Part shown: piece after piece, positions 29,887 through 39,660 of the stretch | Position numbering within the stretch: the stretch's first letter is position 1 | How the letters are laid out: the number at the start of each line of letters is the position of its first letter | Position numbers and translations under genes: made by a program | NCBI GenBank assembly: GCA_025999215.1 | Contig: AP024679.1 | Coordinates: forward strand, 433,082-497,081 | DNA length: 64,000 nt | DNA from: Candidatus Dojkabacteria bacterium | GTDB lineage: Bacteria > Patescibacteriota > Dojkabacteria > J137 | Direction of reading: 5' to 3' | Notes under the pieces: generated by a model | The model's input: the letters and a program-made list of their open reading frames with translations, nothing else | Told to the model about the DNA's origin: nothing | Databases searched by the model: none

Positions 29887-31074
29887 ATGGCTAATTCGTT
29901 ATATAAAACAACAGCAAATGCTAGAAAAATTTTGTTTGCTTTTTTAGTATTTTCTTTGCTAATTGTTGTTAATGATTTTTACCAAAGTTTGTCAAAAACT
30001 CAAACAGATTTTGGTTTGAATTCTCAAAGAAGGTTTTATATGTCTACTAAGTTTTTTGATTTTTTAGATGATATTCCACCAGTTCCTGATATTCCAGGTA
30101 TTCCTCGTGATACAAATGATTCTCTAACTTATTCTGTTGAAGGAGTTTTTTCCGAATTTCCTGATATTTCTTATGTTTATACAATTGAAGAGCCAGCTGA
30201 AAAACTTCTCACATTTCAAAATGCACAAAATATTGCAAGTGAGCTTGGATTTAACTCAGAAAATTTTTCTGAAAGTGGCCAGTCTCAGGTTGTGTGGTCT
30301 AAAGATAATGGCGCTACAACTTTAACATTCGATAGGGTTTTACAGACATGGAATATGAAAACCGATTTGACAAACAATCCTCGATTTAATCCTGTTCAAA
30401 AAATTGTACAAAATCGTTTGAATAATTTATCTCTCACTTTGCTTAGTCGTATTAGGTTAAATGGAGGGAAGGGTTTTAATAATGGTTTATCTGAAAATAT
30501 TTTTTTAAAAAGGGAGGCAAATGGTGATTTGGTTGAAGTTACAGATTCAAATCAAGCACAGCTTATATTGTCAAATGCTTATAGAATACTACCTTTGGCT
30601 GATCTGAAACCACAGAGCGAACAGCCGGAACTATTACCTGGTGAAGTAAGACCTCGACCAGTTTCGGCAAAGGTTTATACTTCTGATCCTTTTCGTGGTT
30701 CTGCAAATTTTTTAACCAAGGGAAGTGAACCTGAAGATGACATTTACGAATTTTCTTTCATTAATTGGGAGTATGGTGTTGATGTAGGAGCTTATCCAAT
30801 TATCACTCCACAAGAAGCGTGGAATAATGTTCAGCAAGGTCAGGGAAGTTTGGTGTTTATAAGGCAACAAGGAGATAGTAGAATTGGTGGAAGAGATCCT
30901 TTAAATGTGAGAAGGTATGTTTTAGAAGCAGACAAAACAGAAATAGCTTTTTATGAACCTAGTGAGTGGAATGGTTTTGTTACTCCAGTTTATATATTTA
31001 GAGGAAGAGCTGAACTAGAGAACGGAAGGCAAGCAAGTTTTATATTTTATATTGATGCTCTTAAAAGATTATGA
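29887..31074 (+). CDS. Hypothetical N-anchored secreted protein (395 aa). It is the first gene of a four-gene plus-strand cluster with overlapping start/stop codons.
   Basis: It has an N-terminal TM segment (ILFAFLVFSLLIVVNDF). Its stop overlaps the next start (ATGA). Confidence 0.5.
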   Translation: MANSLYKTTANARKILFAFLVFSLLIVVNDFYQSLSKTQTDFGLNSQRRFYMSTKFFDFLDDIPPVPDIPGIPRDTNDSLTYSVEGVFSEFPDISYVYTIEEPAEKLLTFQNAQNIASELGFNSENFSESGQSQVVWSKDNGATTLTFDRVLQTWNMKTDLTNNPRFNPVQKIVQNRLNNLSLTLLSRIRLNGGKGFNNGLSENIFLKREANGDLVEVTDSNQAQLILSNAYRILPLADLKPQSEQPELLPGEVRPRPVSAKVYTSDPFRGSANFLTKGSEPEDDIYEFSFINWEYGVDVGAYPIITPQEAWNNVQQGQGSLVFIRQQGDSRIGGRDPLNVRRYVLEADKTEIAFYEPSEWNGFVTPVYIFRGRAELENGRQASFIFYIDALKRL

Positions 31075-32270
31075 AAAAATTACTAATAAGTCTAACAGTT
31101 TTAATGATTTTTTTTCAATTTATAAATTTTAATTCATACGCGTCGGGTTCATCAGACGCTGCTTGTAGTGATCCTGAGGTTAGAATAGGTAGAATAGCAT
31201 TTTTAACTGCTCTTGCAACTGAAATAATTAATAACCCGGGTATTGTGACTTATCTTAAGGAAGCAGTAGATAACCAATATGATGGTAATAGCTCTAATGA
31301 TTATTTTACTGGGCATTCACTAGATTATCAAGGAACTTTTTGTGAGGATAATGGTAAAGTATACTTGTTATGTACAGCAATGGATGGAAAGGTTTGTGTA
31401 AATAGATATTGGCATTTGTCAAGAGAAGAAGCTGATAACTTAGCAAAATCTGAAAATGATAGTACTTACGATGATGAAAAAGGACCTAGATTTGCAAATA
31501 CTTTAATTCCTGAAGAACAATATGATAATGAACTTTATCGTTGTGGTCAATTTTTAGAAAGTGACTTAAACTATGAACAACAAGATTTAGTTTATAGTGA
31601 ATATAATTTGTTTTATGTTCTGCGCAATCTTTATTTAGATTTTTTTTCTTCAATAAGCGTCACTGATGATGATCGTGATCAAGTTGATAGAAGTATTGCA
31701 GATATTTATGACACTTATAACCCTAAAGATATTGATGATCAGTATTTTTTTTCAACGGCACCGTATTCGGATTGGTTTGATATAAATTGGAATAGGCTTT
31801 ACAGTTGTGTTAATAGTGGGGTAACACAAGGGGACTTTTTCTATATTGATCGTGAAAAAGCAGATTCGGAATATAGACTTATTAATGACAACAATAACAA
31901 TAATAATAATAGTAACATAATTAGCAGTAAATGTAATGGAATAGATTGTTGTGCAGAAAATGATCAGCAATGTAGAAGTTGTGTAGGAGCTGGAGGAGTA
32001 TGGACGGCTGTTGGGTGTATAGATCCAAGTCCGGTTGGCGTGTTAACAAGGCTTGTGCAGTTAGGATTGGGAATAATGGGAGGAGTTGCGCTGATTCAAA
32101 TAATATATGCGGGCATAATGTACCAATCAGGAAATGAAGAGAAAATAAGGAAAGCAAGAGAGCAATTATTGGCAACGCTAACAGGGCTAGCGGTATTGGT
32201 GTTTAGCGTATTGATAGTACAAATATTAGGAGTTAATTTACTTGATACAGTACCAGCTGGTTTATTGTAA
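31071..32270 (+). CDS. Secreted Cys-rich protein, paralogue A. It has a variable N-terminal domain plus a conserved C-terminal module (Cys cluster and two TM helices).
   Basis: It has a signal peptide (…NFNSYA|SG). The C-terminal 115 aa, CNGIDCC…GVWTAVGCIDPSPVGVLTRLVQLGLGIMGGVALIQIIYAGIMYQSGNEEKIRKAREQLLATLTGLAVLVFSVLIVQILGVNLL, are about 95% identical to paralogue B. Confidence 0.6.
   Translation: MKKLLISLTVLMIFFQFINFNSYASGSSDAACSDPEVRIGRIAFLTALATEIINNPGIVTYLKEAVDNQYDGNSSNDYFTGHSLDYQGTFCEDNGKVYLLCTAMDGKVCVNRYWHLSREEADNLAKSENDSTYDDEKGPRFANTLIPEEQYDNELYRCGQFLESDLNYEQQDLVYSEYNLFYVLRNLYLDFFSSISVTDDDRDQVDRSIADIYDTYNPKDIDDQYFFSTAPYSDWFDINWNRLYSCVNSGVTQGDFFYIDREKADSEYRLINDNNNNNNNSNIISSKCNGIDCCAENDQQCRSCVGAGGVWTAVGCIDPSPVGVLTRLVQLGLGIMGGVALIQIIYAGIMYQSGNEEKIRKAREQLLATLTGLAVLVFSVLIVQILGVNLLDTVPAGLL
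31985..32270. repeat. Near-identical roughly 290 bp direct repeat (copy 1) encoding the shared C-terminal module.
   Basis: A run of over 110 bp is identical to 33215-33330, and the repeat is about 95% identical overall to 33195-33497. Confidence 0.8.
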
Positions 32271-32282
32271 TGTTATAGTATT

Positions 32283-33497
32283 ATGTTTGTGATACAGAAA
32301 ATATTAGGTAAAATTTTTCATAATTCAATAAATACATTCATATTCGTTTTTGTAGTAACTTTCATCTTTGTGTCGGTTTTTGGTAGTAATATCTCAGCAC
32401 AAATTTCCAATACGTGTACAATTGTGAATTATATAAACGAAAATGATATTGATTTGTTTAAAGACTTTTCTGTGTGTGATGTTGTTGTTACCAATGAAGA
32501 AAATCAGCTGATAGATGTTACACTGCCCGAATGCACTACAATAAAAGATTTACAAAACAATCAGTTTTTTTATTGTCCATATAGGGGAGGTGATGCGATA
32601 AGTTTGACTGAAACAGCAAGCTCTCAAGAAATTAGAAATGACTTAGAATCCTGTAAGGAAAAATGGAGAACAGGTCTTTTAAGTTTTGACGGTTTACCAA
32701 CAATTACAAATTTTTTACAAACGGATTCAGATATAGAAGAGTTGGTAACTTTTTTTCAGACAAATTCGGTAATTGAAATAGCAAATATTTGCTCAGTTAA
32801 TTCTGAAACAATAGTTGAAGCTGAAGATTGTCCAAGAATAGAAGGTAGTTTTTTCATGAATGATTTAGTTAGCCAAAACACTGTAGAATTATCTCTTACA
32901 GATATTTGCTTAAAAAAAACAGGCGTAACTCAAATTGATATACTCTACTCTTATGATTTGTCTTTTAATGATTTTGAGAAAACTGAAAATCCTCAAGGTA
33001 TTCTTTTAGCACGTTTTACTTTAGATCCAAGTGGTAGCGGAAAAGTGTTAAATTTACCGCTTACATCTGAAATAAATATCAACAATAGCAATCATTTAAT
33101 TGTATGGGTCAAGGAGGATAAGAGTCTAAATCTAAAATACTCCAAACCGAACTCTAATAATTGTCAAGGAATAGACTGTTGTGCTCCAGGAGATTTTGAA
33201 TGTAGATGTTTACAAAGTGGAGGAGTATGGACGGCTGTTGGGTGTATAGATCCAAGTCCGGTTGGCGTGTTAACAAGGCTTGTGCAGTTAGGATTGGGAA
33301 TAATGGGAGGAGTTGCGCTGATTCAAATAATATATGCAGGTATAATGTACCAATCAGGAAATGAAGAGAAAATAAGAAAAGCAAGAGAGCAGTTGTTAGC
33401 AACACTAACAGGACTTGCGGTATTGGTATTTAGTGTATTGATAGTGCAGATACTGGGAGTTAATTTACTAGATACGATTCCAGCTGGTTTATTGTAA
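32283..33497 (+). CDS. Secreted Cys-rich protein, paralogue B, with the same conserved C-terminal two-TM module.
   Basis: See paralogue A. The N-terminal 290 aa are unrelated in sequence. Confidence 0.6.
   Translation: MFVIQKILGKIFHNSINTFIFVFVVTFIFVSVFGSNISAQISNTCTIVNYINENDIDLFKDFSVCDVVVTNEENQLIDVTLPECTTIKDLQNNQFFYCPYRGGDAISLTETASSQEIRNDLESCKEKWRTGLLSFDGLPTITNFLQTDSDIEELVTFFQTNSVIEIANICSVNSETIVEAEDCPRIEGSFFMNDLVSQNTVELSLTDICLKKTGVTQIDILYSYDLSFNDFEKTENPQGILLARFTLDPSGSGKVLNLPLTSEININNSNHLIVWVKEDKSLNLKYSKPNSNNCQGIDCCAPGDFECRCLQSGGVWTAVGCIDPSPVGVLTRLVQLGLGIMGGVALIQIIYAGIMYQSGNEEKIRKAREQLLATLTGLAVLVFSVLIVQILGVNLLDTIPAGLL
33195..33497. repeat. Near-identical roughly 290 bp direct repeat (copy 2).
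   Basis: See copy 1. Confidence 0.8.
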
Positions 33498-33498
33498 T

Positions 33499-35232
33499 AT
33501 GAAATTTATAAAATTTGCACAACTTCTACAATCGCTAGAAAAAACTAAAAGCAGGAATGATATGACTAGTCTTCTGGCTGAATTTTTAGATGGTATAACG
33601 GAACAAGAGTTTGTTGTGGTTTACCTTATTCAAGGAAGATTGAAACCTAAGTTTGTAGATTTAGAATTTAATTTATCTCAAAAATTGATTCTCAAAGCTC
33701 TAGAAAATTTAGGTGATTCTAATATGCTTTTTAAAGATTTGGGAGATTGTGGTTTGGTGGCCGAAAAGCTTTGTAGTGATGCAAGTGATGATTTAGAAAT
33801 TGTTGAGGTTTATGAAAAACTTATTGAAATTGCAAACTTGAAGGGAGCGGGATCTCAAGATTCTAAAATTGAAATGTATCTTGAATTGATTAAGAATGTA
33901 AAACCTCTGAGTGCAAAATACATTACAAGAGTAATTGTGGGTAATTTGAGATTGGGTTTGAGTGATAAAACTATTTTAGATTCAATTTCTTGGCTTAAAA
34001 AAGGTGATAAGTCATTAAGATCAATTTTAGATAGAGCTTACGGCATAAGGTCAGATATTGGAGAAATTACTAAAATTACCTTATTCAATAAAGATTTTGA
34101 AAATATTCTAAACTCAATTTCACTAAAGCCTCTAACACCTGTAGCTTCAAAACTCGTTGAAAGAGCAAAAGATACAAAAGAAGTTTGGGAGCGTATGCCA
34201 AATTGTTTTGTGCAGCCCAAATTAGACGGATTAAGAGGACAAATTCACTATGATGGGAATGAAAATGTTGAAATATTTAGTAGAAATATGGAAAGGTTAA
34301 CTTTGCAATTTCCTGAAATTGTTGAGGAAATAAAACAAAATTTTAATAATTCCTTTATCTTGGATTCTGAAATAATAGGTTGGGATGAAGAAAATAAAAC
34401 TTTTTTACCCTTTCAAGAAACAATTAAACGAAAAAGGAAATATGATATTCAAAACCACCTCAAATCGATTCCTATAAAGGCAATGTGTTTTGATGTTTTG
34501 TATTTTGATGGAACTGATCTTACCCAAAAGCCACTAAATGAAAGGATAAATATTTTGTTCAAAAATTTTGGAAGTAAGAGTAGGTTTTTGGAAATTTTAG
34601 AAACAAAGCAGATAGCATCACTTGATGAACTAACCACGTATTTTGAAGAAAAAGTGTATAGTGGTTTGGAGGGAATTATCACAAAACAATTTGATTCATT
34701 TTATGAACCAGGGACAAGAAATTTTAGCTGGATAAAACTCAAAGCAAACACTGTGTCAAGTTTAGTAGACACGATTGATGTTGTGGTTTTAGGTTATTAC
34801 TACGGAAAGGGAGCTCGAGCAAAGTTTGGTGTAGGGACCTTGTTGGCAGGAGTTTATGACCCTGATAAAAATGAATATTATTCTTTAGGGAAAGTTGGTA
34901 GTGGTTTTACTGACGAAGATTTGAAAAAAATAAAATTTGATTTATGTCAAATTCAGATTTCGGAAAAACCAGATAATTTTATAGTTGATAAAAATATATA
35001 TCCGGACGTTTGGGTTGAACCTAAAATTATAATGGAAATTGTTGCTGATGAAATTACAAGGAGTAATGTACATACAGCAGGCAAAGGTTTTCGGACAAAA
35101 GTAAAAAACGATGATTTTCAAAAAGGTCTATCAATCCGATTTCCAAGGATGAAAATTTGGAATCGCCAAGATAAAGACATTCCTACAACTGTGACTGAAC
35201 TTGTCCGAATGTACGAATTAAGAAAAGGTTAG
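33499..35232 (+). CDS. ATP-dependent DNA ligase.
   Basis: It has the adenylation motif I QPKLDGLRGQIH (KxDG), an N-terminal DNA-binding domain and OB-fold spacing. The length is 577 aa. Confidence 0.8.
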   Translation: MKFIKFAQLLQSLEKTKSRNDMTSLLAEFLDGITEQEFVVVYLIQGRLKPKFVDLEFNLSQKLILKALENLGDSNMLFKDLGDCGLVAEKLCSDASDDLEIVEVYEKLIEIANLKGAGSQDSKIEMYLELIKNVKPLSAKYITRVIVGNLRLGLSDKTILDSISWLKKGDKSLRSILDRAYGIRSDIGEITKITLFNKDFENILNSISLKPLTPVASKLVERAKDTKEVWERMPNCFVQPKLDGLRGQIHYDGNENVEIFSRNMERLTLQFPEIVEEIKQNFNNSFILDSEIIGWDEENKTFLPFQETIKRKRKYDIQNHLKSIPIKAMCFDVLYFDGTDLTQKPLNERINILFKNFGSKSRFLEILETKQIASLDELTTYFEEKVYSGLEGIITKQFDSFYEPGTRNFSWIKLKANTVSSLVDTIDVVVLGYYYGKGARAKFGVGTLLAGVYDPDKNEYYSLGKVGSGFTDEDLKKIKFDLCQIQISEKPDNFIVDKNIYPDVWVEPKIIMEIVADEITRSNVHTAGKGFRTKVKNDDFQKGLSIRFPRMKIWNRQDKDIPTTVTELVRMYELRKG

Positions 35233-36062
35233 TTATAGAATACAAAACTTTGATGAGGTCTCCCTGGTTTAAATTCTTCTGGAACGGTTTGTTTGGTTAA
35301 TTTATCTGCGCCTGGTCTCAAATATGGATCAAGCACAAAATCTTGCAGGTTGGTACTAAAAAAGATAAAGCCATTTGTTCGAAGCAGGTTTTTTTGTATG
35401 GTTCTAATCAATTCTTTGTGATCTCTCTGAACTTGAAAAGTTTTTGATTTGTTTCTTGAAAAACTAGGAGGATCAATTATTATGATATCGTATTGTGTTT
35501 CACTTTTTATAGCTAATTCTAAGAACGAATATACATCCATGCTCCAAAATTCATTTGGAGCGAGAGTATTTAAGTTATTTAATACAAAATTTCTCTTACT
35601 CCACTCTATATAATTTGATGAGAGATCTACACTTGTTACGGATTTTGCGCCTTTGTCTGCACAGTACACACTAAATGATCCAGTGTAAGAAAAAAGATTA
35701 AGCACATCTTTTTTGTTGCAATGTTCAGACACTAGTTCCCGAGATATTCTATGATCAAGAAATAAGCCCACATCTAAATAATCTTCAAAGTTTATTTCAA
35801 ATTTAAGATCATTTTCTATGCAGTAATATGGTTTTGGAGCTGGCTGACCAGCAATTAGCTCAGTTTTGTTGAGTTTGGTATCAAATCTCCTTTTAAGATA
35901 AATTCCTTTGAGAGAATATGTATCAAGCAATTCTTGTGCAAAGTTTAGATAATTTAATTCAACATAAGCTTGAAGCACTCCGTATTCATCGTATTTATCT
36001 AGAGCCCACAAAATCTTGTTACTTTCATCTAAGTTTTGTGTTAATCTTTTACAGTTAGTCAT
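35229..36062 (-). CDS. Class I SAM-dependent methyltransferase, RlmI/RlmK-like putative rRNA methyltransferase.
   Basis: It has a SAM-binding fold (VLNLFSYTGSFSV), a DPPSF motif IV and a PUA-less short form. Confidence 0.6.
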   Translation of the reverse strand: MTNCKRLTQNLDESNKILWALDKYDEYGVLQAYVELNYLNFAQELLDTYSLKGIYLKRRFDTKLNKTELIAGQPAPKPYYCIENDLKFEINFEDYLDVGLFLDHRISRELVSEHCNKKDVLNLFSYTGSFSVYCADKGAKSVTSVDLSSNYIEWSKRNFVLNNLNTLAPNEFWSMDVYSFLELAIKSETQYDIIIIDPPSFSRNKSKTFQVQRDHKELIRTIQKNLLRTNGFIFFSTNLQDFVLDPYLRPGADKLTKQTVPEEFKPGRPHQSFVFYN

Positions 36063-36134
36063 TTTTACAAAATAATTTTTTTATTTTATCATTAAGTAGG
36101 TTAAGTTTAAATTTTAAAGTTTATTGTTTGAATT

Positions 36135-36869
36135 ATGGAATTGCTAAAAGTTAGGTCTCAAATTCGCTCTATTGTTTTAGCTATTTTGGGAATAATTGCG
36201 TTTTTACTTTTTTTAAGAATTTCTTTTGAATTGGTCGAAGCAAATAGACAAAACGGAGTAGTTAGAGCGCTTTTTACGGTAACAGATTATTTAATTAATC
36301 CTTTCGAAGGATCAGTTATTTTAGATGATGATAGCGATTTAAAACCTTTTAATTTTGATGCACTATTTGCTTTAGTAACTTATGTTGTGCTTGGTTTTGT
36401 ATTTATTGATTTTGTGACTGGGTTCTTGCATGAGCGTTTAAAAGATGTTGTTAAAAATATTGTTGATGCATTATTTAAGTTAGTGGAATTTTTGTTAATT
36501 TTAAGGATTATTTTTATCTTTTTTGAAATTGGTATACCACGAAGCGCTGCAAGCGGTATTGTAAAATTTATTTATAATATTACAGATTGGAGTGATGTAG
36601 TTGATATTAAATTTGTTATTGAAAATTTAGCTTGGAGTAGCATCATAACTCTTGGGATTGTTGCTGTGTTTGATATTTTGAGTGAGCAATTAATTGATGC
36701 TTTGTTTGATTATGGCAATAAGGGCGATACTGTGATTACCAAAAAAGTAGTGAAAACAAAGACAATACCACAGCCTACCCAGCAAAACATAACCATAAAT
36801 GTTCCAGTGCCACCACCGCAGTACACTTCAGGTAATCCTTTTGGTGGTAATGCTAATAAGCCAAAGTAA
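36135..36869 (+). CDS. Hypothetical membrane protein, possibly YggT-like, with a Pro-rich C-terminus.
   Basis: It has two similar TM-containing halves. The YggT resemblance is weak. Confidence 0.35.
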   Translation: MELLKVRSQIRSIVLAILGIIAFLLFLRISFELVEANRQNGVVRALFTVTDYLINPFEGSVILDDDSDLKPFNFDALFALVTYVVLGFVFIDFVTGFLHERLKDVVKNIVDALFKLVEFLLILRIIFIFFEIGIPRSAASGIVKFIYNITDWSDVVDIKFVIENLAWSSIITLGIVAVFDILSEQLIDALFDYGNKGDTVITKKVVKTKTIPQPTQQNITINVPVPPPQYTSGNPFGGNANKPK

Positions 36870-36871
36870 TT

Positions 36872-38425
36872 TTAAAATAAATTTTTGCTTCTTAATTGGG
36901 TATGATATTTTTTAGCAAATCTGTGTGCTTCGTCTCTTATTCTTTGAATTAGGTATAAACTTTCAGAATTTTTAGGTAGAATTATTCTTTGGAATGTAGA
37001 ATCAATTTTTTTGGGATCTTGGTTGAATTGTTTTTTAATTTTAAATATTTCTTCATTTTTCTTAGCTAAACCAATTATTGGTATTTCATTATCAAGTTTA
37101 AAAATTTTTAAAACTTCATAAACTGCAGAAATTTGACCTTTTCCTCCATCAATTATTATTAAATCAGGTTTTTGAGCAAAGCTTTCATCAAATTTCCACT
37201 TTTTCATTTTGCTTGCAATTTCAGGGTTTATTTGGCTTAGTTCCACATCACTTTCAATTAATCTTTTAAATCTTCGCGCTAATACTTCTTGCAGCATTAA
37301 AAAATCATCAGGATTTTGTTTAGAACGAATCCTAAATTTTCTATAAAATTGTGGAGCTGCCTCTCCATCAATTTGCACTACCATTGAGCCCGTAGCGTTA
37401 GTTCCTTGCAGATTGCTAATATCGTAGCATTCAATTCTAAAATTAGGGTGTTTTTTTAATTTGTTAGCTGGAAAGTTGAGTTTTGAGATTAAATCATCAA
37501 TTGCATTTTTTCTAAGATTTTGTAGATGGTCTTCAACCATTATATCGTCAAAAGTCTCTTCAACGACTGTATTTTTTGTTGCATAATCAATGTCGTTTAT
37601 CATGTTTCTTATTTCTGCTGCTTTTTCAAATTCTAAATTGCGAGCGTATGTTTTCATTTGTTTTTCTAAATCATTCAAAATTTTATCTTTTTCTCCTTTG
37701 AAAAACCTTAAAATATGTTTGTATCTTTGAGTATATTCTTCTTTGGTTTCTAATCCAGCGCAAGCACCTTTACATAATCCAATGTGGTAATAAAAACAAG
37801 GTTTTTTCATATTTGTGATCACCTTTTTTGATTTGTCATCTAGTTGATAAGCAATTTTTCTGTGAGAGCAAAAAGGGAAAATTTTTCTTAGTTTTCTTAA
37901 AACTCTTTTTACTGGATAAGCATTGGGATATGGACCAAAGTAGATAGCGCCATCGGTTTCTTTTTTGCGAGTAATCGTAATTTTTGGAAAATCTTGATAT
38001 GTAGAGTTTGCGGTTGGAATTGGTTGATTCTTTTTTCGTATTTTTTCAAACCTCACAAATATGTAGTTTTTATCATCTTTCATCAGCGTGTTATATTTTG
38101 GCCTGTATTTTTTAATTAGGTTTGTTTCAAGAATAAGTGCCTCAATTTCAGTATCTACTGTGTAATAATTGATTTTTACAGCCTCATTTAACATCTGTTT
38201 AATTTTGTCTGAAAGTTTGTCATAGTTATTAAAATAACTTTGAATTCTATTTTTAAGGATTTTAGCTTTGCCTACATACAAAACTGTATCTTTTTGATCT
38301 AAATACAAATAAACTCCTGGTAGCTTGGGAGCATTTTTGACTATTTCTTGAAAATCTTTTGATTTGGTATTCAATATATCCATAATTAAATGATAGCATG
38401 GCGCAATTTTTGAACCAAAAGGCAA
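36872..38425 (-). CDS. uvrC: Excinuclease ABC subunit C. It has GIY-YIG and UvrBC-interaction regions plus an endonuclease domain, and appears to lack the C-terminal (HhH)2.
   Basis: The GIY-YIG region is PKLPGVYLYLDQKDTVLYVGKAKILKNRIQSYF. The C-terminus carries ...IIDGGKGQISAV...IPIIGLAKK. Confidence 0.85.
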   Translation of the reverse strand: MPFGSKIAPCYHLIMDILNTKSKDFQEIVKNAPKLPGVYLYLDQKDTVLYVGKAKILKNRIQSYFNNYDKLSDKIKQMLNEAVKINYYTVDTEIEALILETNLIKKYRPKYNTLMKDDKNYIFVRFEKIRKKNQPIPTANSTYQDFPKITITRKKETDGAIYFGPYPNAYPVKRVLRKLRKIFPFCSHRKIAYQLDDKSKKVITNMKKPCFYYHIGLCKGACAGLETKEEYTQRYKHILRFFKGEKDKILNDLEKQMKTYARNLEFEKAAEIRNMINDIDYATKNTVVEETFDDIMVEDHLQNLRKNAIDDLISKLNFPANKLKKHPNFRIECYDISNLQGTNATGSMVVQIDGEAAPQFYRKFRIRSKQNPDDFLMLQEVLARRFKRLIESDVELSQINPEIASKMKKWKFDESFAQKPDLIIIDGGKGQISAVYEVLKIFKLDNEIPIIGLAKKNEEIFKIKKQFNQDPKKIDSTFQRIILPKNSESLYLIQRIRDEAHRFAKKYHTQLRSKNLF

Positions 38426-38490
38426 ATTTAATCAATCTGTAAATAATTTTATTTTTGTGCTAGACTTGTGAATAGTAATTTTAAACTTAC

Positions 38491-39660
38491 ATGTACTCGG
38501 CGATAGATTTTAATTTTTTACTAAGAGACTTACTAAATGCAGCTATGCTATCGTTAGTTTTTAGTTTTTTGATAGCTTTTCCGATCATTCACTTGCTGTA
38601 TAAGTTTAATATCACTCGGAGAATGGATTATGATTTTACCACTTTGATTGAAAAAAGGAACCTCAAAGTAGGTGTGCCAATAATGGGCGGACTCATAGTC
38701 GTAATAAGCGTTGTTGTTTTAAATTTATTTTTCAATCCAGCTAGAGATAATTCTGAAAAAGCTTATGAAAGTTTGCTTTTGATTTTAGGGATATTTGTAT
38801 TATCAGCATTGCTAGGTGGTTTTGATGACGTTTTAAATATTTATGGAAAAGAAAGAAAGCAAAGGGCTTTGAGCTTGACTTTAAGGCTCATTAAAGTTCA
38901 TAAAAGTAAATTAACCAGGATAAAATTATTAATTACTCTACCCTGGGAAGTTTACAAAAGGTTTTTTTACATACTTGGATCTAACCCCGGTAGAGGTATT
39001 CATGCCCATGAAAAAATTATAGTGCAATCCATTGTAGGTATTGCCTTGGGATCAGGTATATACTTTTATTCATCTCGTCCAAATCCTGGAGAATTTTGGA
39101 TACCTTTTTTTGATTTTAACTTAGATATTGGCTTCTTGATTATTCCTTTTGCTTGGTTAACTGTTTTGTTAATGACTAATGCTGTTAATTTAGCAGACGG
39201 GATGGATGGTTTGGCAGCTGGAGAGTTATTTCCTTCTTTTTTTGGCTTTTTAGTGCTAGCTATCGCAAAGCAGGATTTTAGAATTGCATTTTTGATTGCT
39301 ACAGTTTTGGGAGCCTTACTTACTTATCTTTATTTCAATGCTCCACCAGCACGTTTTCAAATGGGAGATGTGGGTTCATTATCGCTTGGAACGTTATTGG
39401 CAACCGTTGCGTTTATCTTAGCTGAACCGATGATGCTGTTGATAATTTCATTTCCGTTTGCTTTGACATTACTATCTTCACTGATTCAGGGTGTTGGAAG
39501 AAGGATCATCGGGAGAAGGATTTTTAGGATGGCACCTATACACTATCATTTGCAATTAACTAGAAAATGGAGTGAAGAAAAAGTTGTGTTTAGGTTAATT
39601 TTGTTCTCTATGGCTTGCTCTTTATTTGGATTGTGGGTATATTTTAATCAAGCATTATGA
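38491..39660 (+). CDS. mraY: Phospho-N-acetylmuramoyl-pentapeptide transferase.
   Basis: The NAVNLADGMDGLAAG motif and the C-terminal APIHYHLQL...W motif (MraY HHH-box equivalent) are present, with 10 TM helices. Confidence 0.75.
   Translation: MYSAIDFNFLLRDLLNAAMLSLVFSFLIAFPIIHLLYKFNITRRMDYDFTTLIEKRNLKVGVPIMGGLIVVISVVVLNLFFNPARDNSEKAYESLLLILGIFVLSALLGGFDDVLNIYGKERKQRALSLTLRLIKVHKSKLTRIKLLITLPWEVYKRFFYILGSNPGRGIHAHEKIIVQSIVGIALGSGIYFYSSRPNPGEFWIPFFDFNLDIGFLIIPFAWLTVLLMTNAVNLADGMDGLAAGELFPSFFGFLVLAIAKQDFRIAFLIATVLGALLTYLYFNAPPARFQMGDVGSLSLGTLLATVAFILAEPMMLLIISFPFALTLLSSLIQGVGRRIIGRRIFRMAPIHYHLQLTRKWSEEKVVFRLILFSMACSLFGLWVYFNQAL

Noticed and set aside
31752-33405. Minus-strand ORFs at 31752-31970, 31921-32175 and 33154-33405.
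   Set aside because: They lie antisense to the paralogue genes. The latter two are simply the reverse translation of the shared 290 bp repeat.
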